In this document: positions 28,784 through 36,175 of the stretch, piece by piece
How positions within the stretch are numbered: the first letter of the stretch is position 1
Layout: the number at the start of each line of letters is the position of its first letter
DNA from: Nanobdellota archaeon
Lineage (GTDB): Archaea; Nanobdellota; Nanobdellia; Parvarchaeales; Parvarchaeaceae
Direction: 5' to 3'
DNA: 64,000 nt
Assembly (NCBI GenBank): GCA_021811735.1
Contig: JAJZNK010000025.1
Span: forward strand, 4,718 to 68,717
Position numbers and translations under genes: made by a program
Notes under the pieces: generated by a model
Database searches by the model: none
Seen by the model: only the letters and a program-made list of their open reading frames with translations
What the model was told of the DNA's origin: nothing

Positions 28784-29422
28784 ATGCATTATATGCAGTA
28801 TTATCTGATTGGTGGCGGAGATATAAAAGCTGGAAAATTAAAAGCCATAGACAAAGATGCCATTTCTAAATCTAAGAACAAAAAAGTTCTTATTATTGAT
28901 CTTACTTCAAATGATTTAGATAAAATAAAAAAATACCATGAATTTTTGGACCAATATTTTATGAGTGTCTGTGCAGAAGAGGTACAGTTTATTTCTAAGC
29001 TAAAATCCACTGAGGATGTTAGACAGGCGCTTAACCTTGCTGGTGTTGTGTATTTGCCTGGCGGGAATACGAAGCTACTTCTGGAAAATATTAAAGAAAG
29101 AAACGTTGCACCAATCCTGAAAAAACTTGATACTACAATCGTTGGCAATTCCGCCGGGGCTTTAGTTTTGTGTAAAGAGGTAATTTTAACTAAAGACAAA
29201 GAAATAGAAGAAACACAGGTCTTTCCAGGTTTGGGCATGATTGACTTTTCAGTGGATGTGCATTATGATAACTCCCATGATAAAGAATTATTTGAGTTAT
29301 CAAAGAGCAGGGAGATATACGCAATTCCAGAGAATTGTGCGATTGTTTTTGATGATAAACTTAGTCATATTGGCCCAGTATATAAATTTTCTGAAGGTAA
29401 AAAAGAAAAAATAATTAATTAG
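28784..29422 (+). CDS. peptidase S51 (dipeptidase E / cyanophycinase-like)
   Basis: YLIGGG ... VYLPGGNTKLLL ... IVGNSAGALVL (nucleophile Ser context). Confidence 0.7.
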   Translation: MHYMQYYLIGGGDIKAGKLKAIDKDAISKSKNKKVLIIDLTSNDLDKIKKYHEFLDQYFMSVCAEEVQFISKLKSTEDVRQALNLAGVVYLPGGNTKLLLENIKERNVAPILKKLDTTIVGNSAGALVLCKEVILTKDKEIEETQVFPGLGMIDFSVDVHYDNSHDKELFELSKSREIYAIPENCAIVFDDKLSHIGPVYKFSEGKKEKIIN

Positions 29423-29656
29423 TTATTGAAAAAGTGTACGTTTTTAGACGGTCTCTAGTAAGAGTGTACGTAATTATCCCTTCTAACTTACATAGACGAT
29501 GGTTAGAATTTTACAGGATAACTGTGTATAAGAGCAAGAGAAAGTAGATCTTTGCTTTGCAACTAAGATTTCTGAAATCTAAAACGGTTTTGTGCAACAA
29601 GTCCGAATCTATGCAAAAAGTCCTACTTATTGCACAACGCCTTCAAAACAGAAAGC

Positions 29657-29664
29657 TTTATATA
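29657..29664 (+). promoter_or_regulatory. putative TATA box (with upstream purine-rich BRE-like aaag) for tfb
   Basis: gaaagcTTTATATAgg begins 36 nt upstream of ATG 29693. This spacing implies a very short leader. Confidence 0.4.
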
Positions 29665-29692
29665 GGAGTTATCACCATACTATATAAATCTT

Positions 29693-30616
29693 ATGAAAGT
29701 AGTAACAAGTAAGTATAATACAAAATGCCCTTCATGCGGCAGTGATTCTGTTATATATGATAAATCTACTGGTGAATTAGTTTGCCAGAGCTGTGGATAT
29801 GTTATAGAAGGAGACACCATAGACTACGGAAGGGAATGGCGTTCATTTGAGGATGAAAGAGACGAAGGCAAAGGGAGAATGGGGTCGCCATTAAGTTATG
29901 CTAAGTATGATAAGGGAACGAGCACTGTTATTGGAAAAGCAAGTGAGTCAATAAAACTGTCTAATTCGAATAGAAGGACATTTTACAAATTAAGAAAGTG
30001 GCAGCCAAGAATTTCGACAGCATACGAAAGAAATCTTAAGTTTGCACTTACAGAACTAAGGCGCGCAAGCAACCGTTTGCACGTTTCAAACATCATACAA
30101 GAAGAAGCTGCAAAAATGTATAGGGAAGCAATCACAAGAAGACTCGTGAGGGGCAGGTCAATGGAAAGTGTCATTGCAGGAGCACTTTATGCGGCAGCAA
30201 GAAAACATAATCGACCCATAACTCTCGATGAGATATCGGATACTTTTGAAGTCGAAAGAAAGGAAGTTGGAAAGGCATATAGATTGCTATGCAGAGAATT
30301 AGGGATCAAGATATTACCTACTTCACCAAGCGATTACATCTACAAGTTCGCTTCCGAACTCGGCGTTTCGAACAAGACCGTTTCGGATGCAGTTAAGCTG
30401 CTTAAAGAAGCGGAAGAGAAGGGTCTAACAAGTGGTAAGGGTCCTATGGGGATAGCAGCAGCCGTGCTTTACGTTGCAACTTTGATAAACAAAGAAAAGA
30501 AAACACAGAGAGACGCAGCAAAAGCAGCTGGAATAACAGAAGTCACGATAAGAAACAGGTATAAAGAACTTTATAAAGTTCTTAATCTTAAGGAAAGATT
30601 CAAGATAGAAGACTAA
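29693..30616 (+). CDS. tfb: transcription initiation factor TFB (TFIIB homolog)
   Basis: N-terminal Zn ribbon CPSCGSDSVIYDKSTGELVCQSCGYVIE, B-linker, and two cyclin-like repeats. 307 aa. Confidence 0.9.
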   Translation: MKVVTSKYNTKCPSCGSDSVIYDKSTGELVCQSCGYVIEGDTIDYGREWRSFEDERDEGKGRMGSPLSYAKYDKGTSTVIGKASESIKLSNSNRRTFYKLRKWQPRISTAYERNLKFALTELRRASNRLHVSNIIQEEAAKMYREAITRRLVRGRSMESVIAGALYAAARKHNRPITLDEISDTFEVERKEVGKAYRLLCRELGIKILPTSPSDYIYKFASELGVSNKTVSDAVKLLKEAEEKGLTSGKGPMGIAAAVLYVATLINKEKKTQRDAAKAAGITEVTIRNRYKELYKVLNLKERFKIED

Positions 30617-30659
30617 TCAACTAATAAAGATTATTATTTCCGGACTGCGGGTTTTCTTT

Positions 30660-31721
30660 ATGGATTTTTTTAAGGAGGGAACTATCAAGTTCTACGCGGA
30701 AAATAAACAGCTTAAAAGCTCAGGTGTGTTTTATAACCCTATTAGAAAATTTGATAGGAGCCTGAACGTTCTGTTTCTGTCATCATTGAACAGGTCCAAT
30801 CTTAATGGGTTAGAACTTTTTTCTGGCAGTGGAGTGAGGGGAATACGGATTTGTGCTGAGACAAAAAAATTTTCCTCTTTCGATTTCAACGATATAAAGT
30901 CGGTGGCTATAATCAGTAAGAACTTAAGGATTAACAAAGATCATTTGAATGGCATGGAACTGTGCGTGCACAATGAAAATTCAAAATTCTATGTATCTAA
31001 AAAGAAGTACGATTACGTCGATGTAGATCCTTTCGGCTCACCAGTGCCATACACGGAGCCAGCTTTGGGGTTTTTGAGTAGAAAAAGTATTTTGGCTGTA
31101 AGCGCGACCGATACAGCAGCCCTATTAGGAAGTGCACAAAGGGCCTGCCTTAGAAAATACGGTTCACTCTCGCTTAAAACATCTTACAGCAACGAACTTG
31201 GCATAAGGATTTTGATAAAGAGAATAGCAGAATTGTCTGAGGATAAGGGTCTTCATGCTAAACCCCTTCTATTTGATTTTGACGGTAACTTTATAAGAGT
31301 CTATTTTTCTTTCTCGGCTTCGTCTCAGGGAAGGATTGGTTATGCATACCAATGCAGCAAGTGCCCTTCACGCACACTTAAAAGAATTGAAAAATGCGTC
31401 TATTGTGGATCTAAAATGACACAAATTGGCCCGCTTTGGTTAGATGGGATTTTCAGCAAAACTACTGTAAAAAATATGTTGTCTTTTCTCGAGAATAATG
31501 CAACTAATTTAGCGGAAGATAGAACTAGTCTTCATGATTATCTTTTCACACTCTTAGCAGAAAAAAACATATTCTCATATTATACTACTAGTGAACTTTC
31601 CTCATTTTTCAAGAAGCCAGAGGAGAAAATATCAAAATTCAGCGACAGGACTATACTCTCTTCAAAGGGATTCAGAACAAAACTTAGTTTTGGAGAACTT
31701 GCAGAAAGTCTCTGGTCCTAA
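30660..31721 (+). CDS. trm1: tRNA (guanine26-N2)-dimethyltransferase Trm1
   Basis: FYNPIRKFDRSLNV, LELFSGSGVRGIR, VDVDPFGSPVPY and a C-terminal CxxC..CxxC cluster. Confidence 0.85.
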   Translation: MDFFKEGTIKFYAENKQLKSSGVFYNPIRKFDRSLNVLFLSSLNRSNLNGLELFSGSGVRGIRICAETKKFSSFDFNDIKSVAIISKNLRINKDHLNGMELCVHNENSKFYVSKKKYDYVDVDPFGSPVPYTEPALGFLSRKSILAVSATDTAALLGSAQRACLRKYGSLSLKTSYSNELGIRILIKRIAELSEDKGLHAKPLLFDFDGNFIRVYFSFSASSQGRIGYAYQCSKCPSRTLKRIEKCVYCGSKMTQIGPLWLDGIFSKTTVKNMLSFLENNATNLAEDRTSLHDYLFTLLAEKNIFSYYTTSELSSFFKKPEEKISKFSDRTILSSKGFRTKLSFGELAESLWS

Positions 31722-31969
31722 ACGAGTTTTACTTCTCTGTTCATTGCCTGACCTGGTAAGCCTCTTCTGAACCTTATTACGACCTTTCCTTTGTTGCCGT
31801 GTGGCTTGACTATCACGCCTTTTATTGACGATTTTGAAAACGCAATTTCAACCTTTTTACCGATGTATTTTCCTGCAGATTCTCTACTGTCGATTTTTTC
31901 TATTGATGCTATTGCCTGGTTAACCGTCTGCGTTTTTCTTCCTCTTCTGTATGATAATATTTTTGTCAT
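31718..31969 (-). CDS. rpl35ae: 50S ribosomal protein eL33 (L35Ae)
   Basis: 83 aa. GKKVEIAFSKSSIKGVIVKPHGNKGKVVIRFRRGLPGQAMN fits the L35Ae pattern. Confidence 0.8.
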   Translation of the reverse strand: MTKILSYRRGRKTQTVNQAIASIEKIDSRESAGKYIGKKVEIAFSKSSIKGVIVKPHGNKGKVVIRFRRGLPGQAMNREVKLV

Positions 31970-31970
31970 A

Positions 31971-33056
31971 TTACTCCTCCTTTTTCATATATTTATCCTT
32001 TACTTCTTTATCTGCCTGTTTTAATAAATCTTTATCAATTACTGGCCTGGCTTCTCCTTTCTTTTCTCTTAACTTGTCAATTATGTCCATTATCTTTTTA
32101 ACCAGCTCCTTTGAATCCTTCAGTTTTTTATCGAAGTCAGCGCCTGTTATCTGCTTGGTTTCTCCATGGTCTATCTTTTTGAACCATTTCACTATTTCAT
32201 CAACTTTTTCAACGTCATCATGCGATAGTACCTTCTCCTTTTGCACTGCAATCTCTTCCAAGTCCTTAGCGACTTGTTTTGGCACCGGAGGCAGATATCC
32301 ATATTCCATGAGAAGGGCCTGTCCAGCGGCTACAACTGCATTATAAAGATCCAGGCTTAGTTTAGTGCTCAATACATTTTCTGCAAGCATCAAAAGCCCT
32401 TCGGCATTCTCTATGTTGTTGTTTATAGATTCCATGGTTGGTATTATGTTCCCTGTCTTGTAAAGCATTTGAATAGGGACAAAGAAACCAGTATCATATA
32501 CAGCAACGCCATCTCTTAGAAGCGTTAATATTACTGGGTTAGGTTTTATTATAGATCCCCAAAATTCAGATAGTGGGTAAGCTTGTGCATGTATCTTGTC
32601 TGAGAAGTCTCTTGCTATCTCAGCCATCTTAGCAAAAAGCCTGTCACGCAGTTGATCAAGTGTGAATTTTTGTATATCAGTGTCATCTACTATGAACGCA
32701 ATGTCAATATCAGATGTACTAGTCATCCCTGTTTTTGTCTTCGAGCTTCCAAATATTACTATGGATTTTATGTATCTTCTAAAGAGGCTTAACACTCTTA
32801 AGAAATAGGCCCTTATCGAATTAGCATCTTTTGAAGGAAGCACCTTATTGAGTATATCAAAGGAAAGGCCTGCAAGCTGTCCAGGGGGTTCGACAGATTC
32901 CGCAGTTTCGCCCTCTCCGACTTCCAGTCCTATGAAAGAACCCATATAGTCAACTCGTTCATTGAGTTCGTCTATTTTTGAGGACAGAGCGTCAATTGTC
33001 GAAAACAGTTTGTTCAGCGTCGCTTCTATTGGATTTACATTTTCAGTCTGATGCAT
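31971..33056 (-). CDS. nucleotidyltransferase (Pol-beta/MNT-type) fused to a HEPN-like helical domain
   Basis: IVIFGSSKTKTGMTSTSDIDIAFIV matches GS-x(n)-D-x-D, followed by an all-helical region. ATG 33056 is preceded by GGAGGT (33061-33066); the track's TTG 33077 is rejected. Its stop is 1 nt from the rpl35ae start. Confidence 0.6.
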   Translation of the reverse strand: MHQTENVNPIEATLNKLFSTIDALSSKIDELNERVDYMGSFIGLEVGEGETAESVEPPGQLAGLSFDILNKVLPSKDANSIRAYFLRVLSLFRRYIKSIVIFGSSKTKTGMTSTSDIDIAFIVDDTDIQKFTLDQLRDRLFAKMAEIARDFSDKIHAQAYPLSEFWGSIIKPNPVILTLLRDGVAVYDTGFFVPIQMLYKTGNIIPTMESINNNIENAEGLLMLAENVLSTKLSLDLYNAVVAAGQALLMEYGYLPPVPKQVAKDLEEIAVQKEKVLSHDDVEKVDEIVKWFKKIDHGETKQITGADFDKKLKDSKELVKKIMDIIDKLREKKGEARPVIDKDLLKQADKEVKDKYMKKEE

Positions 33057-33154
33057 AATAACCTCCGTTATGTTCAATTTATGAAGGTTATTATTTATAA
33101 GCCTTTGCAGACTGTAACGGCATATTTCACACTATTGCAGGTATGTCACCAACA

Positions 33155-33164
33155 ATATTTAAAT
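33155..33164 (+). promoter_or_regulatory. putative TATA box for the orphan 577-aa gene / micro-ORF operon
   Basis: atatttaaat begins 31 nt upstream of ATG 33186. Confidence 0.35.
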
Positions 33165-33185
33165 CAGAAGAATCTAATAAGAATT

Positions 33186-34919
33186 ATGAACATATCTAGG
33201 ATTAAGGAACTGGCAAACAGTTTCGATTCGCCGAAGATGTCTGCAGACGAGATAAATGATTATATATACGAACTCGAGGCTAGGGGGTCAAGTGCCGAGT
33301 CGCATTATTCTGGAGACCTTGATTTTAGGTATAAAAACTCTGAAGAATTAATAGATCCAGGTTTTATAGGAAATCCCTCAGGGTATCACCTCACGAAGGA
33401 CATCACGAAAAGATACCATTTCCAGACCGAGTACTTCTCCGTTACGCAGATACTCAGCATGCTAGGGTACAAAAACCTAAGGATTGCCGAGTCAGTCGAT
33501 CCGTCTTCGCTTTCCGGCCTGATGAATATGGTCTTCGAGAAGAAGAAAAATCTGGAAGACAGGATCATGCAGCTTCTTGGGAGCATAAATACAGTACTCA
33601 AATCCATAATAGCAATAACATACGAGCTTAAGGAGCTAGATAGAAATCTATATTTTTACGATGAGCTAAAGGACCGTGACAAGGAAAAGGCCGAAGCCGC
33701 GGAGCTGGCGTTAAAAAGAGTATTCCTTGATAACGTAGACGCAAGGAAGGGAGGAGCAAGTCTTTCTGCCCTTTCAAGATCTCCAACACAGGGTCAGGGT
33801 GGGCCAGGGTTTATAGACATAATGTCAGTATTCTACCAAGTAAAGAGTCTAAAGGAAGTGTCTCAGCTGGACAGAAACGAGCAGTATAAAAGCATACTTA
33901 AGAATAGGTATGTGGAGTATGAAAAATGGAAAGAAATAAACGGCAAAGATCTTAGAAGCAGGAAGGGCATGCTTTTGCAGTATCTGAAAAGTCAGATGGG
34001 TTCCTTTGATCTTTACGTTGACTGGTGCTCCACCTATCTTTCACTGCTTTCCAAAATGGGTTTAAATACGGCTAAAAGTGCGTCGGAATACATGAAAGGA
34101 AGCTCCAAGCCAGACATATTCGAGAATGAGTTGTTTTCAGTTTCAGTAGTCAGTTCCAAGCCAGTGTACGCAAAGGAATACGACGTTGAGTACACGCGAC
34201 TTTTCAAAAATAAAGGGCCTGAAATTCCAATATCAGTGGAACCTAAAAGCATAGTAGGTGATTTGCTTACAAGAGGTTATAAAGAGCATAGAAGGTCCTA
34301 CATATACAATAGGCTTAAAAAATATGGCCCGCTGGCATTTTCAGTAATCAAATTCACGATGGATTTCAAGGAAAAGCCAAGCAAGGAAGCGGCACAGCCG
34401 CCATACGAGGGAACTTTTTCTTTGCATATCTACCCATACAGCTTTACACCTGAAGAATTTTACCTCTATAAACGGGCTAACACAGCCAAGATACAGAAAA
34501 CTGTTTTTGCTGCCGTTAATCAATCGGTTTTCAATTCGCTTAGCATAATAAAAGAGGATCTTGACAAATACATTCTAGAGGCTGAAAAGGAAGAAGCCGC
34601 AAAGAAAAAGCCAAATAAACCTCAAAAAGAGTTTGCAATCTTTGACATCTATCGTGCGTTTAAGGATGACTTTACGGGCGTTTCTAAATCATTTTCCACT
34701 TTTTCCCAAGGCACTTCACAAAACAAGAGCGTATTCAGCGAAAAAGATGCGGAGTTGTACGAGATGCTTCTGAATTCCAAATTGTTTATGCGTCCAAGGA
34801 TTAAGACTATATTAGAGACAGGACTGTTTATATCAAATGAGGATGTCATGCATATATACGATGAGCTTAAGAACAGGACTGGACAGCTAAACTGGAAACC
34901 GCCATTTTCCGTTAACTAA
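33186..34919 (+). CDS. orphan 577-aa soluble protein, no recognisable family
   Basis: Long uninterrupted ORF with no TM segment. Coiled-coil-like stretch KNLEDRIMQLLGSINTVLKSIIAITYELKELDRNLYFYDELKDRDKEKAEAAELALKR. The first 45 codons of the track's ORF (from 33051) lie in the divergent promoter region. Confidence 0.6.
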   Translation: MNISRIKELANSFDSPKMSADEINDYIYELEARGSSAESHYSGDLDFRYKNSEELIDPGFIGNPSGYHLTKDITKRYHFQTEYFSVTQILSMLGYKNLRIAESVDPSSLSGLMNMVFEKKKNLEDRIMQLLGSINTVLKSIIAITYELKELDRNLYFYDELKDRDKEKAEAAELALKRVFLDNVDARKGGASLSALSRSPTQGQGGPGFIDIMSVFYQVKSLKEVSQLDRNEQYKSILKNRYVEYEKWKEINGKDLRSRKGMLLQYLKSQMGSFDLYVDWCSTYLSLLSKMGLNTAKSASEYMKGSSKPDIFENELFSVSVVSSKPVYAKEYDVEYTRLFKNKGPEIPISVEPKSIVGDLLTRGYKEHRRSYIYNRLKKYGPLAFSVIKFTMDFKEKPSKEAAQPPYEGTFSLHIYPYSFTPEEFYLYKRANTAKIQKTVFAAVNQSVFNSLSIIKEDLDKYILEAEKEEAAKKKPNKPQKEFAIFDIYRAFKDDFTGVSKSFSTFSQGTSQNKSVFSEKDAELYEMLLNSKLFMRPRIKTILETGLFISNEDVMHIYDELKNRTGQLNWKPPFSVN

Positions 34920-34921
34920 AT

Positions 34922-35095
34922 ATGAACAACAAAGGACAGATGCCAATCACCGAGATAATAGCTATAATATTGGCAATACTTGTGCTTTTCGCAGGGATAG
35001 TAATTGCCATAATATTCACAGGAGCAAGCGCAACAATCGGAAAGGACATAACCAACGTTTTTTCGTTCAACTGGCTTTATGGAAAGGGGATATGA
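34922..35095 (+). CDS. micro-ORF A, 57 aa, pilin-like N-terminus plus single TM
   Basis: Hand translation: MNNKGQMPITEIIAIILAILVLFAGIVIAIIFTGASATIGKDITNVFSFNWLYGKGI. Starts 2 nt after the 577-aa ORF stop. Absent from the track (<60 aa). Confidence 0.5.
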   Translation: MNNKGQMPITEIIAIILAILVLFAGIVIAIIFTGASATIGKDITNVFSFNWLYGKGI

Positions 35096-35265
35096 CGAAA
35101 AAGGGGGTCGTAAGTGGCATGTTTTTGTACATAATCTTGATAATAGTAGGAGTGCTGCTCGTAATTATTTTCCTTCAGCTATTTACCCCCTATAAATTTA
35201 CCGGTCTTTTCAAAGATTTCGTGTCAAGATCGACCAGCATTAATGTCAGTGGTGGGTATACTTAA
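35092..35265 (+). CDS. micro-ORF B, 57 aa, basic N-terminus plus single TM
   Basis: MTKKGVVSGMFLYIILIIVGVLLVIIFLQLFTPYKFTGLFKDFVSRSTSINVSGGYT. ATGA overlap with micro-ORF A. Confidence 0.5.
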   Translation: MTKKGVVSGMFLYIILIIVGVLLVIIFLQLFTPYKFTGLFKDFVSRSTSINVSGGYT

Positions 35266-35266
35266 T

Positions 35267-35407
35267 ATGAATAATAAGGGAGTAGAGAGCTATATCCTTC
35301 TTATAATAATAACCCTTATAGTGTTGATACTTCTAATAATCTTTTATCTTTATTTATTTTCGCCTACAATGTTACATAGGCTAATACCCACAGTCCCAAA
35401 CATATAA
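35267..35407 (+). CDS. micro-ORF C, 46 aa, basic N-terminus plus single TM
   Basis: MNNKGVESYILLIIITLIVLILLIIFYLYLFSPTMLHRLIPTVPNI. Starts 1 nt after the stop of B. Confidence 0.5.
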   Translation: MNNKGVESYILLIIITLIVLILLIIFYLYLFSPTMLHRLIPTVPNI

Positions 35408-35408
35408 C

Positions 35409-35570
35409 ATGGAAGCGATATGGTTTTACGTAATAGCTGTAATCCTTGGTATAACCCTTATAATAGTATATATGCTCTTTGCGGGACCTTCTGTAATCTC
35501 TAAAGATATTTCAGGCTTTTTTGCGGGGATAGGGTCGTCGATAATGTCCGGATTTAAAAACGCCTATTAA
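35409..35570 (+). CDS. micro-ORF D, 53 aa, single TM
   Basis: MEAIWFYVIAVILGITLIIVYMLFAGPSVISKDISGFFAGIGSSIMSGFKNAY. Starts 1 nt after the stop of C. Its stop overlaps the next ATG (TAATG). Confidence 0.45.
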   Translation: MEAIWFYVIAVILGITLIIVYMLFAGPSVISKDISGFFAGIGSSIMSGFKNAY

Positions 35571-36175
35571 TGTTTTTATACTTCAATAGGCTAATAGGAA
35601 TTATGATCACTTATAGCGAGTTTCTAAGAATAAGAAGACAGGAGCAAGAGGACAGCAGGACACTCGCCAAGTTAACTGACGATATCCTGGAAGAAATGAA
35701 GGAGTATATCGCCATAAACAAGAATTCGCTCGATGAGGCCAGAAAAATCGTCGATGAAAAAAGAATCGATGAAATATCCACACAAATAAAGAACGCAGTT
35801 TCCACGCTTGAACAGATAATGAATCTAAGGATGCTTAAGATAGCTTCGATGGCCATACTCGATGTTGACACGGAGCAGGCTAAGATGAATATGCTCTCAA
35901 AGGAGATAATCCTTTTTGATAATCTATTAAAACTTTCCAAAGAACATAAATCTGCAATAATAAACGAGTTAAAGTCGGTAGAGCCTAAAAAGCTGCAGAA
36001 AGTGGAAGAAGACAGTAATGGCGAGAAAATAGTGATTAAAGTCATTTCGGACATACCTAAATTTGTATGGAGAAATGACAAATCTTATGGGCCTTTCACG
36101 TTTCCAAACGTGATAGAGATAGACAAGGACGTTGCGGAGATACTCATCAAGAGCGGAAAGGCAGAGAGCGCATAA
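35570..36175 (+). CDS. GINS subunit (Gins51/Gins15-like) replication factor
   Basis: Helical A-domain beginning ITYSEFLRIRRQEQEDSRTLAKL. The C-terminal B-domain pattern IVIKVISDIPKFVWRNDKSYGPFTFPNVIEIDKDVAEILIKSGKAE resembles archaeal Gins51. Alternative start ATG 35603. Confidence 0.55.
   Translation: MFLYFNRLIGIMITYSEFLRIRRQEQEDSRTLAKLTDDILEEMKEYIAINKNSLDEARKIVDEKRIDEISTQIKNAVSTLEQIMNLRMLKIASMAILDVDTEQAKMNMLSKEIILFDNLLKLSKEHKSAIINELKSVEPKKLQKVEEDSNGEKIVIKVISDIPKFVWRNDKSYGPFTFPNVIEIDKDVAEILIKSGKAESA

Noticed and set aside
33051-33185. N-terminal 45 codons of the track's 622-aa ORF
   Set aside because: They overlap the start and SD of the divergent gene (ATG 33056) and the promoter region. 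ATG 33186 has a TATA-like box 31 nt upstream.
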